Source: Amoebidium appalachense (lineage: Eukaryota; Protista; Ichthyosporea). From it: DNA of 64,000 bases. Location: NCBI GenBank assembly GCA_963693365.1, contig CAVNZM010000007.1, positions 6,135,962 to 6,199,961 on the forward strand, read 5' to 3'. The translations under genes were made by a program, and so were the position numbers. Shown here piece after piece: positions 1 through 13,065 of this stretch (positions within the stretch are counted from its first letter, which is position 1; every line of letters starts with the position of its first letter). The notes below the pieces were generated by a model. That model was given only the letters and a program-made list of their open reading frames with translations, was not told where the DNA came from and searched no databases.

Positions 1-591
1 CACCCATGCTGCCAAGGTCTAGCCCCTATTGGTGAAAAAACGAAAAGGAAAAAAATAGTCAGCGTTAGTTGTGTGTGCTACATATGAACAAAACTTGGAT
101 AAAATGCCAGGGTTGGCTGTGTATATGGTGAAGAAAGATTCAGACAACTGATGTGTCATTTGGTGTACGTACAACGACCCTATTTTCCACACTCTTCATC
201 GTGATTAGACCGATACGGGTCAAGATGAGGTTGAGCCGGGATATGTGTATCAACCAAAGAGATTCATGAATCCCATGATCCAAGTGCAAGCAAAACGTTG
301 TGTCAAGACAGACTCCCAAGAGACACAGTTGCGAAAAACAAACACATATCCAGGATAATCAGGATTCAAAAAAGGGAAACACATGGGTGGCAGCGACCAG
401 GGAGGGGGGGGGGGAAGAGGGGGGGGGGGGGGGGGAGGGGGGGGGGGGGACAGCGGAACACGGTACCAATTTAACTACACGATAAGAGGCACCGTGCAGG
501 ACACATGCAAAGCAGGCAAACATTCAAGTATGAGAAGCAACATCACTGACGCGCGCAGTATGCAACATAAGCAGAGCCCATACTCAGGCTG

Positions 592-622
<31 letters not shown>

Positions 623-1300
623 AGGGGGGAGGGTAGAATGCGGAACACGGTACGAAGTAGGAAGGGTGGGGGAAGGGGGGCAGGGGTTTATATACCATGC
701 CCTGCAAGGAGCCACCGGGCCCCGTCGCTCCAATGGTCAGGGGGATGTACATGCTGCCCCCCATGGTGAACGGCTGGAACGCTTGTGCATGCGCTTGTCC
801 CTGCCCCCTGCCTCCTCCTTCACGCGCCGGGGCTGCATGTGCCTGTGGCGGTTGCCCATCCGCACCTCCTGCCTGTCCCTGTGCCTGTGATTGTTCCCGC
901 CCGTCTGCCTGCGCCTGTGCCTCTGCCTGTGTGTCTCCCTGTGGCTGTGGCTGTGGCTGTTGTGGGTTCTGTTGCTGGTTTTCAGCTGGTGGGATATTGT
1001 TGTTGTTGGCGTTGTTGTTTCCGCCTGGGGGCTGATGGGCCGAGGGATTCTGGTTTTGCTGCATGAGGCCTGGGAAAATCTGGCGCATGGCCTGGGTGAT
1101 GGCTGCCTCAAGACCCGCTGCAAACCCATTCCCAAACTGCACAGGCTGCAAGCGTTGGTGTGGGTGAGTTGAGCGTGGAGGAGGAGAAGGGGGGGCGGGG
1201 AGGGAGGGGAGAGTGGGGGAGGGGTCGCTGCAAACACATTCCCAAACTGCACAGGCTGCAAGCGTTGGCGTTGGTGAGTTGAGGAAGGGGTAGGGGAGGG

Positions 1301-1334
<34 letters not shown>

Positions 1335-2173
1335 GGAAGGGGGAGAGTGGGGGGGGAGGGGGGAATGAGTGGAGGGAGATGGGGAGGTGGAGGAGGAGCA
1401 GAAGGAAGGGGGGGGGGGGGGGGGGGGGGGGAGGGGAGGGGGGGGAGAGGGGGAGGAGGGAGGAGAGAGAGGGGAAACTCGCCACCTTGCCACATTCTTC
1501 TCTACCACACAACCAAACAGACACACCCACCACAACTACCAGCCAAGAGACAAGACCCACACACGGGCAAGGGGAAAAAATCATATAAATGACGGGGAAA
1601 ATATCATAAGAAAAAAAACAAAAAAAGAACAATCCATTAAAGGCATGATCAGAAGAAGCAAACACCCTCCACAGGAAGAACATAAAGAAGACACTGCCAC
1701 CTGGAAACAAACTCACCATGTTAGTGCGTGTGTTGACCAGGGTAACGTTAGCCATCCTGCTGGAGAGTGATGTGTAGTTGCTGGCCAGCCACTGTAGGAA
1801 CCGGGCCACGTTGTGCACCAGTGACTGCCCAACCTGCTGCTGTTCTGGTGTTGCCTGCACCAGACATACACACGCTTTTCAGTTCTAGTTCTAGTTCTAG
1901 TTCTAGTTCTAGTTCACCTTTTTGCAGGTTTATCAACGACTAAATCCATATCACCGTTTCTTCTTAGAGACACGAACACATAACATTCATGCTTACCCCC
2001 CACAACCCTTTTCGCGGTGACCTCTCCTGGAAGGCCAAAAACTACTCCCAGAAACCAAAAACAAATGTGCAAACAATGTGTAGAAACCATGAAACGTGAC
2101 TATCGATCCTGACAACCTGTTTGGCCGAATCTGACTACGTGTGCAACTTCTGTATCTGCTTACACTCTCTGAA

Positions 2174-2205
<32 letters not shown>

Positions 2206-2944
2206 TCTTTCTTCCGTGTGCATGGATGCATTCTTCCTACATTGGGAGAACGTGGGGTAGGGAATAAGAAGGTGGAAAGGTGGGTGAGGTTGTGTGTGTG
2301 CACACGCCTCCCGCTCTCTCCCTCTCTCTCTCTCACTTTGGCGCACACGCGACCGCACACGTGTGTGTGTGTGCGTGTGTGTGTGTATGTGTGTGAAGCG
2401 GGGGGAGGGGGGGGGGAGGCTGAGGGTGACGTGTATTCTACATGGGCACGTACCAGGCGTGACCCGTCCCTCAGGACCTGCACACACAGCTCCATGGTCT
2501 CCCGCATGCGGTCGTGTCTGCTCAGCATGCTCTCAAGCGCACGGCCAAGCGCCTGCCCACGGTTCTGCGTGCCCCAACATATACATGTGTAAGCAAAGAC
2601 AGGTAGGACACACGGGCATCCGGCAAAATGGATCTCTAGAAGATGTAGATGTTGATAAGGGAAAATACAGCCCAGGGATGTCTAGGAGAGTGAGATGTCT
2701 ACGTTCTGAGATGTAGCACAAGTATTTAGACCCAGCAGATAATGCCAGTGGAAAGTTGGTGAATTAGTCCATCCGTATAGTTGTATATCAACAGCACGGA
2801 ACACCAACCAAAAACATGGATGTCCTGACATGATTTTTGTCCAAACATATTCCATCTTAACCACGAATGTACCATTCAGGTGGCAGTGTGGAAACTCAAC
2901 TACGTAACAGCGCACGGTCGAGGCTCAGGAGGAGATTTTTTTTT

Positions 2945-2975
<31 letters not shown>

Positions 2976-3033
2976 GGGGGGGAGGAGGGGGCTGGGGGGT
3001 GAGAGTTTTTTTTTTTCTTTTTCTTTTTTTTTT

Positions 3034-3075
<42 letters not shown>

Positions 3076-3571
3076 ACCTGCTCTGGGTGTGCTCTTGGCT
3101 CCTGGGCGGGTGGAGGTGCAGCAGCAGCCTCCTGCCTGCCATGACAAAAATAAAACACCGTTAGCCATATATGGTAACTATCTACCTTAACTGATTGGGT
3201 AATGCTTATCTGCTTCTATTCCTAATGGCACCAGGCGTAAGTATGCAGTGCTGGCGTAAAACGTGTTTGCGAGCATGCATGCACATTTCCTTCACTATTT
3301 CAGCACACCGACATACAGAGTAAAAATTATGCATTTCACGACCGGCAACTTAATGCAGATTTTGCGCCGGGCCGGAAGGAAGGGGAAGGGGAAGAAAAAA
3401 AGAAAAACAGCAAACAAAACAGCATATGCTGGGGAGCGACAGGAAGCACCACCCAACAGGCACACCCGAAAAAAAACCAGGAGAGGGGGGGGGGGGGGGG
3501 GGGGGGTGGAGATGGCAAGGTGAGCGATTATGTGTAGGCCATGGTGGTGCTGGTGCTGGTGCTGGTGCTGA

Positions 3572-3658
<87 letters not shown>

Positions 3659-3952
3659 TGCCCGCGCCCGCGAACGTGCATGTCCCCCTCTCCCTCTGTG
3701 TGTGTGTGATGTGTGTGTTTGCGCGATTCTGTACGTGCATTGTGTGTGTGCGCGCATTCCAGCGTTCTTTCCAGTAGTGATGGTGGGAAGAACAAGGAGG
3801 GAAGAGGGGTGGGGTGGGGAGAGGTAGAATGGGGTATAGAGTATGACATACACATTCATTATGGACAACGTAATGCAGAGTGCAACCCACACAAAGGGTG
3901 CGCATAATATGCAGAACCCCCCCGGGGGGGGGGGGGGAAGGAGGGAGTGGAA

Positions 3953-3987
<35 letters not shown>

Positions 3988-4684
3988 AGGACCTAGGATA
4001 GAGGGGGGCCAGCTGTGCCGCCTGCTGCTGAATGGTAGCCAGGAGGGTCTCAACGTGGTCTGGCCCGTAGCCCCCTGCACGTGCACCCCCTGCAGCACCC
4101 TGCTTGTAGGGGGTTAAACGGGTTAGAGGGGGGCCTCTTTAAGGGTTTCGGGTTGGGTCAGGCCCGAAGAGTTTTATCTCATGTGATTGGTGTGATGTGT
4201 ACCTGCTTGACCAGAAAAAATGAATTCGGCCAACAAAATTGACCAAAGGAAACACCCTTCAATGCGGTGGGTTTACACGGACAGCAATGGAAGTGGCAGC
4301 AACGTGTCGCATAGGCCCCTTTGAACACCTGGTTAGAAGAAAAATGTGCACAAAGGAAGAAACGTGGGGCAAGTGAAAGCAAACGTTTATGTAGAAGGAA
4401 AAAAACGATGGGAACCCGAAAGGGTGTGTGCATGTGTGGGGTGGGATGGGATGACGGGGTGGGGTGGGATTGCGGGGGGGCAGGGGGGGGGGGGGGGGGG
4501 GGGTTATATTGTGTGTGTGCGTGTGGTGTGTCCGGGTGTGATGAACATCATTGGTGGTAACCGTGTGGAATAGGTGATAAAGCTTCTGTACAAAAGCGAA
4601 CCGTATAGATGATGCGCATATGGCCGACAACAGACCAAACCCTTCCCCTTCCCCCCCCCTCCCCCCCCCCCCCCCCCCGGCCCC

Positions 4685-4731
<47 letters not shown>

Positions 4732-7379
4732 ACACACACAGACACAACACCCCCACACCCACCACCCACACCCACACCCACACACACCACAACCCCCCCC
4801 CCCCACCCCCCCCCCCCTTCCCCCCCCCCCCCCACACACACCAACAACACCACTCACCGCCTGTGGTTCAGCCGCAACACCCTGCGCCTGTGCCTGTCCC
4901 TGCACCTGCACATCTCCACCCCCCTGCACCCCGACGTGGGGCTCTACCACCACTTCCGCCACCACATGTGCCGCAGGTCCCTCCCCCTGCCTCTGCTCTG
5001 CCTGTGTCTGTTGCTCGGGTGGTGGGGGTGCACCCTGTGCCTGTGCCTGTGCCTGTGGTTGCTGCTGCTGTGCGCTTTGTGTCTCTGCCGGTGCTTGCTG
5101 GGAGACAGACCCCCCCGGGGGGGGTTCCATAATCCACTGGTTGCCGTCAAAGTGCATACGCATGCTCGTGGATTGGCCCCCACTCTGTGTGTGTGTGTGC
5201 ATGCAGGCATGTCAGCTTGTCAGCTTGCACAGATACAATAACAGTGACAGGGATAACAAACCCTGCCCTCCTCTCCCCGCCTTCCCTCTAATCCCCTTCC
5301 CCATCACCCCGTCCCCCCCTCCCCCCTCCCCCCCCCCCCCCCCCCCCCAACACCCACACACACACATGCGTGCCATGTCAGGATGCACATGTCATAATAG
5401 TGACGGTCATAACCCTTGCAATACACACGCACACATGAGGGGTGGAAGTGCTGCGTGAATATGCTTGCCGGTCAGGAAAACGGCTGTTCATCATTGAGGT
5501 AACGATGCGTAAAAAAAAAGCAAAACACTACCGGCCGGGACTCATTTGGGAATTAGGAGTGAGCTGCCTACACACATCTTTTTTTCCCCCCTCCACGGGA
5601 GGAAGGGGGGAAGGGAAGGGAGGTGGATTTTTTACCCCGACAGTCTGGATGTCAGCAGCAATCGGCATACCGCCACCCAGTCCAAGGGAACCAATCAGAT
5701 TGCCCACAAGGCCCTGGATCTGCAAACCAACCAATCAAATGCTCTCTTCGTGTGCATACTGTTTTCCCCCACGAACCAAGAAAAAAAACACGCCCCCTTG
5801 ATAGACACACCCTAAAGCCTTGCCACTCGTAAATCCGTCCATTGCTCCCCCCCCCCCCCCCTTCCCCCCTCTTCCACCCCCTTGGGGCTCCCTCTTCTCC
5901 AGACACAAAGACCAACACACAAACACAGACACAAAACATAGTGTGTGTGTACGTGTGTGTGAAATCTGGTGTTCAAGAGGAGTAAGAAAGAGGGGGAAAG
6001 CAGGGCACACTGCCCAGTCTCCGTACACACACTCCCCACCTCCCCCCCCTTCATACACCCACAGACACATAATCAACACAAAACACCCCCCCCCCCCCCC
6101 TCCCCGCCCCACCTTACCCCCAGACCCACCCACCGATCCACCCGTGATCCACTCACCCCCCCACACACACACCCACACAAAAACAACACCATGAACACAC
6201 CCCTCACCTGCGCAGGGCTGGGGCCACCTGCACCCCCGGGGTTTGAAATCTCGATGTATGAAGCCATGGGCACCACGGTGTAGCGCCCACGCCGCCTGCC
6301 CGGGTCTGGGCCTGCCCCGGGGGGTGGGCCTGCCTGCGGCTGTGCACCCTCCTGCTGCCTCTGCTGATTGTCTTGCACCGCCTCTGAATACACACACGGG
6401 GGGGTTTAGAATGACGTACACACACACTTGGGGGGGGCTTGGAATGAAGTACACACATGGGGGGTTTGGAATGTGCTGAAGATAAAGAGTGCAAAAGACA
6501 CACACAGGAGCGGTTTAGAATGCTTAATAGAGCGCAAAGAACACACACGTGCCGGGTTTAGAATGTGCGACAGAATACCAAGCACAGACATATGGGGGGG
6601 TTGTCGGTGTTCTTGATGCCTCTGCTAAGAAACAACCTAATACACATTAAATGATGAATTGCGCTGACAGTGGGTGTGTTCACGGGTCAATGTGATGAGG
6701 ACCGGGCAGGGGGGTTGGAAGGGTTGAGTTGGTGGGTTGGTGGGTGTGGTGGGGTGGGGCGAGATTGGATGGGGTGAAGTTAAAAAGGAGAAGGGGGGAG
6801 GGGTGGAGGGGGGGGGGGGGGAAGGGGGGCGGGGTAGAGGGGGGGGGAGAGAAGTCGTTTTGCCTGTATTAGCTGTTGCATATCAGGAGGCCATTTCTTC
6901 CAAGCAGAAAAGTACCTACTCAAAAAAACATGGATGGGAAGGACAGGCAAGGGGGAGTAAGAGGACCATGCAAATATATTTGCTTGTGTCTAGAAGGGCG
7001 TTGCGAACGTGTCGCAAGAGCAACATCAATCTAGCAGGGAAGGCATGAGGGTTCGAAGGCCCGGAGGCGGCGGGGGGGGGGGGGGGGGGGGAGGGGTACA
7101 TACGCTGTGCAGTGCCTGGAGCCATCCTCTCGACCATGTGCAGCACAAACCCCTCGGCCAGACCTGTGTGCCCGTGCCAACATAGTTAGAGAACCTATCG
7201 GCTTCTCTCTCTCTCTTTCTCCCCCCCCCCCCCCCCCCCCCCCCTTTTCCCCCCTCCCTCCCCCTCCCCCTCCCCCCTCCCCTCCCCTCCCCCTCCCCTC
7301 CCCCCCCCTCCCTCCCTCCCTCCCTCTCTCTTGCTCTCTTTCTCCCCCCCCCCCCCCCCCCCCCCCCCCTCCCCTTCCC

Positions 7380-7431
<52 letters not shown>

Positions 7432-8285
7432 GCACGCTTTTCCCATTATTTTTGCAGCCTTCATCAGCCTCTGCTTTAGTGTCCTGCCCACCAAGTCACA
7501 GGCAGGAGCCGCAAAAGCAGCAGACAAAAACGGAGGGGCCCCACGAGCAGAGAAGAGAAGGGAGAAAGAAGAGCACGGGGAGGGGTGGGGGGGGGGGGGG
7601 GGGGGGGTGATTCAGTGAGATGGTGAGGGAAAGCAAGGCAGAGGGAAGGCACCCACCGACTCCTCCCATAGCTTGGTCGTCTTTCAAGACACGTCCTTGG
7701 TAGATCAGGCGTTGACGGATGAGTGGCACTTGCTGGAAAAGAAAGCGTATGAGAAACTTCCGTGATGCATATATTTGAAAAGCTACCATGTTTCTAAACG
7801 GGACTTCGGATACGAAACTGGATCTTGGACCCGAGGTCTTGTCCCAGGTAGCTACACATGCAATCCAAAACAACCATAAAGCTTAACGGGTATGCTGGAA
7901 AAGGGGGTGCCAAGAGGAAAACTTACCGTTTCGGTCTCCAGTTTTTCTTTGAGCTGCTTGACGGTCGTCTGCGGGGAGAGGATCATTTAGTTGGTGAAGT
8001 CAAGCCTCCTCGACTACTATTAGATCTGCCTCCTCCCCCCCCAAATGCACATGCACACACATCTCCACACAAAAACCGCCGTTCTTGTTCAATACACAAA
8101 AGCTCAAAACCGACACACACACACTAAAATGGGTCCAAAAAACACAATTAAAACCCCAAAAATCCCTTGAATGTGGTGCAACGAAAAAAAGGCAAGCTAG
8201 AAAGGGAGAAACCAACCTCAGGGGCCACCGTCACACGCAGCTCGGCGTGCGCCAGCCGCCGCACAATAATCTCAAACTCCGCCAT
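1..8285 (-). CDS. Multi-exon N-terminal ubiquitin-like-domain, Pro/Gln-rich protein (BAG6/Scythe-like); 3' end lies beyond the left edge
   Basis: Phase-consistent GT-AG exons 8285-8217, 7968-7927, 7732-7657 and 7163-7104 give MAEFEIIVRRLAHAELRVTVAPE-TTVKQLKEKLETET-QVPLIRQRLIYQGRVLKDDQAMGGV-GLAEGFVLHMVER, a ubiquitin-like fold (QRLIYQGRVL). Further Q/P/G-rich exons lie at about 6386-6208, 5719-5636, 5184-4858, 4100-3990, 3138-3078, 2590-2450, 1860-1718 and 1145-690 (boundaries approximate). The BAG6 identity is inferred from architecture only. Confidence 0.75.
451..589 (-). repeat. 5'-truncated copy of the structured C-tailed repeat family (B-type)
   Basis: Reverse complement ctgagtatgggctctgcttatgttgcatactgcgcgcgtc...catacttgaatgtttgcc...gtaccgtgttccgc-C(n) aligns with 50541-50675. 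A second 3'-tip fragment (tacttcgtaccgtgttccgcattctac-C run) lies at about 634-660. Confidence 0.8.
1117..1283 (-). repeat. Local duplication (about 57 bp, 110-bp offset) of an intron 3' splice site plus the first exon bases
   Basis: gctgcaaac(c/a)cattcccaaactgcacaggctgcaagcgttgg...ggtgagttgag occurs at 1117-1173 and 1227-1283. Confidence 0.85.
3833..3920 (-). repeat. 3' fragment of the structured C-tailed repeat family (A-type)
   Basis: Reverse complement gggttctgcatattatgcgcaccctttgtgtgggttgcactctgcattacgttgtcc...gtgtatgtcatactctatacccc aligns with 49387-49485. Confidence 0.7.
6392..6600 (-). repeat. Degenerate tandem array (about 5 units of 30-50 bp), units ending in CATTC(T/C)AA(A/G)CC
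   Basis: Plus strand repeats ggtttagaatg / ggcttggaatg / ggtttggaatg, preceded by G-rich runs. The minus-strand units resemble the 3' tip of the dispersed repeat family. Confidence 0.7.
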
Positions 8286-8289
8286 GCTC

Positions 8290-9390
8290 TCTTTGGGCCT
8301 CCCCTTCAAAGGTGAGCGTTATCTTATCCTTTCCTTTTCCTTGAGTTGCTTGTATGCTGCTCACTCCAGGGCACTGCTTGATCAAAAGCTTCACACCGGT
8401 TACAAACCACTTTTTGCTCGCTCCCCTTGTCTATCTCACCGCAACTAAAGTTTACATCGACGTTTAGAAGACCCATGAAAAAAACACCCCAATAATATCG
8501 AGCGTTTTCTGAATTGAGTTCTCGCCAATCAATCCAAATTAGACCCAACGTCTCTCCTTTATAATTTTTCGTTCTGACACACTGCGTGAAGTGACAGACG
8601 TCTCTCCACCGCACACACCATTGTCAAATCACGAACTTGCAATCGTGACGTCATCACTCATACAGAGCAGGGCTGGGGTAGATGGATATTTCCAAAAAAA
8701 ATGCAATATCTGTTAGAGGGGTCTGTAACCAAATATTTCAGAATTAAAAGGGGTTTATACTATCCCCAATTGTGGTATTTCATGTATCAATCTCTATTTC
8801 AGCCGGTAGTTGGTTCAGGGACTTTTGGCGCCAAAATTCATGTCACTCGGACGTCAGAGCAAGACTCGTCAGAACAGGCTCAGTTTACCTTGATACAAAG
8901 CAGTCAGTAAGGCTGAAAAAAACACAGGCATTCCATTTGGTGGCGCTTGCTGTGTACGTGAAATGTTCTTATACACCCGTTAATAAATGCCTAAAGACTA
9001 GGTAACAGCCTTCTTCTGGTGTCCCTGTGCCATCATCATCGTCACCACTCTTTCTGATCTAGACCCATCCTGTATTTCCAGACACATAGCTCTTCTCCCC
9101 CCTCTAGACCTAGATCTCTCCTACGAGGGAAAATACTAAAAGAAAACAAAAAAATAGCTAACCAGGTCTGGTGGACGATAGCAGTAGTAGTTAAGCCGTA
9201 GAGGGAGCACAACAAACCACAGGAATGCACCGGAATGTTCCCTGCACCAGGATCAAACTTGCACAACCCCACAGGTGTACATGGCCATCTACTTGGTGTT
9301 TAGTGCCGACTTTCCCCTAATTATTTGCACCAGCAACAACAAGGTGCTGACGCTGAGTCTGTTGCGAAGTCCCGCACCCACTGCAGCACA
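8290..9390. promoter_or_regulatory. Probable bidirectional promoter region between divergent genes
   Basis: Lies between ATG 8285 (minus) and ATG 9393 (+). Free of G/C homopolymers. Contains CCAAT (8525-8529) and CRE-like TGACGTCA (8646-8653). Confidence 0.45.
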
Positions 9391-9392
9391 GA

Positions 9393-9540
9393 ATGGCTGC
9401 AAAGGAACTGATAGCCGGAGGTGGGTGCAATAGTGAGTGATTAAGAAAGTGGGACTGTTCCCGGTGCATGGGTTTTGAGGGGAAGGTCGGCGGGCGGGTG
9501 GACGGTTTTTTTTTTTTTTTGTGTGTGTGGGGTGGCACGG

Positions 9541-9585
<45 letters not shown>

Positions 9586-10129
9586 GGGGGGAAGCAAGAA
9601 AAACCTTTCCCCCTAGTCCGGGGGTGAGGGGAGGGGGGAGAGGGGGTAGGAGGGTTGGGTTGGGTTGGGAATCATATATTTTAAAGCCAAGTCCCTTCGC
9701 CCTTAAAGCTGTAAGGGGAATCTCAAACTATCACAATCTGACCCCCCCCCCCCCCCCCCCTATCAAGCCCCCCCCCCCCCCCCCCCCCCCCCCTCCCCCC
9801 CCCTTCTCCCCCCTCCCCTCCCCTGTTCCACCATGTGAACGTTTTTGTTGCCTATTGAGGGCTCGGCTTTTTCCCACCCAGTCTCTCTCCCTCCCCCCCC
9901 ACCCCCCCCCCCCCCATCTCCTTCCCTAACCCCCTCCCCCCCTCCCCCCCCCCCCCCCCCCTCCCTCTTTCAATCACAACCACAGCATCACACATCACAG
10001 ACAACCAGCCACCCACTCAATCACCCATTGGATTTAATTCTCTCCCCTTACCTATAATAAAATCATGCACATTCTATTTACTTTAAGCACTGCAACGATG
10101 ATTCACATCCCACTTTGTAAACGTCTCTT

Positions 10130-10161
<32 letters not shown>

Positions 10162-10361
10162 TCCCCCCCCCCAGCGGCCACCCACCCCTCTACCCATGAT
10201 GGTTACTCTTTAAGTTGCCCCCCCCCCCCCCCCAAAAAAAAACCCCCCTTTCTTTTTCTTTTTCGCTTAATTTGCATGTTGCGTTATCTGTCGTGAAGAC
10301 GTACTTGGCGCTCGGTAACGCATGCTACCCCCCTGTTTCCCCCTGTCTCCCCCCCCCCCCT

Positions 10362-10395
<34 letters not shown>

Positions 10396-11517
10396 GGGGT
10401 GCTCTCTCTCCACCTATTTTTTATTTTGTGGTGTTTTGTTCCTCGGGGAGGGGGGGGGGGGGGGGAGGGGGGCTTAGGGGTCCCTCATGGGAACTACCGT
10501 CTCCCACTAAGCACCGACTATACCCCAGCTAGGGTGCTAGTGGTGCAATCAGCTGAGTTAACACACTTTTTCCCTAGTCCTAACTGCCAGTACACACCTA
10601 GCCCAGGGTTTTGCCCCGCGCCTCCTTCACCTACGTGTGATTTTTTTAACTTTAACTTTTAACTTTAAGGTTAACACATTATTCCTGCAGGGCTAGGGGG
10701 AGCAGCCGGGGTTGCCGCCGGGCACCCATTAGACACAGTCCGAATAAGGCTACAGACAATGGACCTAGCACAGATGAACAGGGCGGGATCTTTAAGGAGC
10801 GGAACCATAGGGTGTTTGGTGGATACTTTAAGGCAGGAAGGAGTGAGGGGTATCTACAGGGGGTTAACTCCACCTGTTACTGCGGCGGCGGTACAAAACT
10901 CAATTTTGTTTCATTCCTACGCCAAAACGGATAGGTTTTTGGTTGAGAGCGGGTTTGCGGGCGGCGAAAATCCGCTTTTGAGGATTTATGTTTCGGGCTG
11001 CGCGGGCGGGGTTACGTGTTCTGTGGTTACTTCCCCTATGGAATTAATCAAGTGTAGACTGCAAATCGAACGGGCTCCACCGAGCACTTCAGCGGTAAAA
11101 CGGTGTGTGTCGCAGGTGGTCAAATCGGGCGGGTTGCGTGGACTGTACAAGGGATACAGTCTGACGTTTGCGAGAGATGTCCCTTCGTACGGTATTTTCT
11201 ACCTCGTTTACGAATTGGGAAAGGGGTTTCTCGGAGACAATGCCGCTGGACAACTCATCTCCGGTGGGTTGGCTGGTGTGTGTTCGTGGACGTCCATATA
11301 CCCTATTGACGTGTTAAAAACACGCACTCAAACAGCGGCGCTTGAAGGGAATAAACCGGATGGGATTGTTGTTGCCGTGAGATTTGCACGGGAGGTGGTG
11401 AGGAGGGAGGGGTGGTCGTGTCTTACGCGAGGGTTGGGTGCGACTGTTTTCAGGGCGTTCCCTGTGAATGCGGTTACTTTTTTTGTGTATGAAGCTGGAA
11501 TGAAGATGTTTTCGTGA
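9393..11517 (+). CDS. Mitochondrial carrier (SLC25 family; carnitine/basic amino acid carrier-like, SLC25A29/A45 group)
   Basis: Exons 9393-9420 (MAAKELIAG-G, donor GTGGGT) and 10691-11517 (acceptor CTGCAG). Three Px[DE]xx[KR] signatures (HPLDTVRIRLQT, SPMELIKCRLQ, YPIDVLKTRTQ) and a terminal RAFPVNAVTFFVYE. Confidence 0.92.
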
Positions 11518-12089
11518 GTTCTTGTGGGGATTTTAGGGATGTGTGGGAAGGACAGATGGATTGGTGATGGTGGGTTGGGGGGGGGGGGGGGGGGGGGAGG
11601 GGGGAGAAGGGGGGGGAGGGGGAGGGGGGGGGGGGGAGGGGGGTGTACCGGGAGGGGTGTGTGGGGGTGTGGGGTGCCTGTGGGTGGGCGGTTGGGTGTT
11701 GGGTGTGTGTGGGTGTGTGTGTGTGTGCCTGATTGCCTGGTGCTGAAATAATTGGTTGGTTGGCATGTGTTGTGAAAAGTTATGAAATGCACGTAATTTC
11801 TAACTATGTCCTTAATTTGAAAAAGCTCTGTGATGTAGTGAGCTTTAAGCCCTTTTTTGGTAATGTAAGAACGTCGGCCATAAAATAGATTAAAAAAGAG
11901 ATCTTCTTAGAAGTACTTTGACGCTTGTGTACAGGGCATATTGCCACCCTGTGAAATGGTTTGCATAAAGGCATGGATGTCTATGTTGAATCAAATTATG
12001 TTGTCATTTGATGTACGCCTTCAAGGTTCACCCAGACGCGCTGTCATTTCAATAGTAAAAAGAATCGACCCACACAATGAGGCAAGTGT

Positions 12090-12120
12090 ACAAGTGGTAC
12101 TGTTTTCTCTTTCTTCCCCC

Positions 12121-12151
<31 letters not shown>

Positions 12152-12217
12152 AAAAAAAAATAGGATAGAAAGAAAAGAAAGAAAGAAGAAAGAAAGGAAC
12201 GGCCGTATTGATGTTTT

Positions 12218-12291
<74 letters not shown>

Positions 12292-12360
12292 AAAAAAAAA
12301 AAAAAGGAAAGAAAGAAAAGAAAGAAAGAAGAAAGAAAGGAACGGCCGTATTGATGTTTT

Positions 12361-12395
<35 letters not shown>

Positions 12396-12539
12396 AGAAA
12401 GACGCTTTGGTACTGTTCTCTCCTCCTTCCCCCTCTCCCCTCAAAAAAAAGCGACCCGTACTACTCTTTCTCTCTCTGTTCACCCTGCCCCCCTCCTACC
12501 CGCAAAGGCGACTGCATATGTGGTAAAAGTTTCTCTGTC

Positions 12540-12572
<33 letters not shown>

Positions 12573-12746
12573 AAAAAAAAAAAAAAAGAAAAGAAAAAAA
12601 AACGCTTTGGTACTGTTCTCTCCTCATTCCCAATCTCCCCTCCAAAAAAAGCGACCGTGGTAATACTCTTTCTCTCTCTGTTCACCCTGCCCCCCTCCCG
12701 CCCGCAAAGGCGACTGTATATGTGGTAAAAGTTTTCTGTCTCTCTC

Positions 12747-12783
<37 letters not shown>

Positions 12784-12842
12784 ATCCGGCCTTCCCCCGC
12801 CCCCTCAATCCCCGGCGCAAAGGCGACTGTGGTACTATATCA

Positions 12843-12879
<37 letters not shown>

Positions 12880-12911
12880 ACGCCGTGGTACTGTTCCCCC
12901 AACAATTAAAT

Positions 12912-12943
<32 letters not shown>

Positions 12944-13065
12944 TTTCCCCCTCTTCCTCGACCCCAAGAAAGGCAACTAGTGTCACGGTACTGTTCCCCC
13001 CCCCCCCCCCCTCTTCCAAAAAAGAAAAACAGCGACTATCTGATAGTACTGTTTCCTCCTTTCTC
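12090..13065 (+). repeat. Homopolymer-punctuated degenerate tandem array
   Basis: Two near-identical C(n)A(n)-gaaagaaaagaaagaaagaagaaagaaaggaacggccgtattgatgttttctg units, two about 200-bp units (from about 12400 and 12600), and a recurring TGGTACTGTT motif followed by C-rich runs. Confidence 0.8.

Noticed and set aside
1881-1915. (AGTTCT)n hexamer run and other microsatellites such as (CACG)n, (GAGT)n and (AAC)n
   Set aside because: Ordinary simple repeats, not telomeric and not coding.
7164-7656. Universal poly-C:poly-G pairing to bridge intron ends
   Set aside because: Some introns contain both run types, but others (for example protease introns 1 and 2) have only long C-runs and the order is inconsistent.
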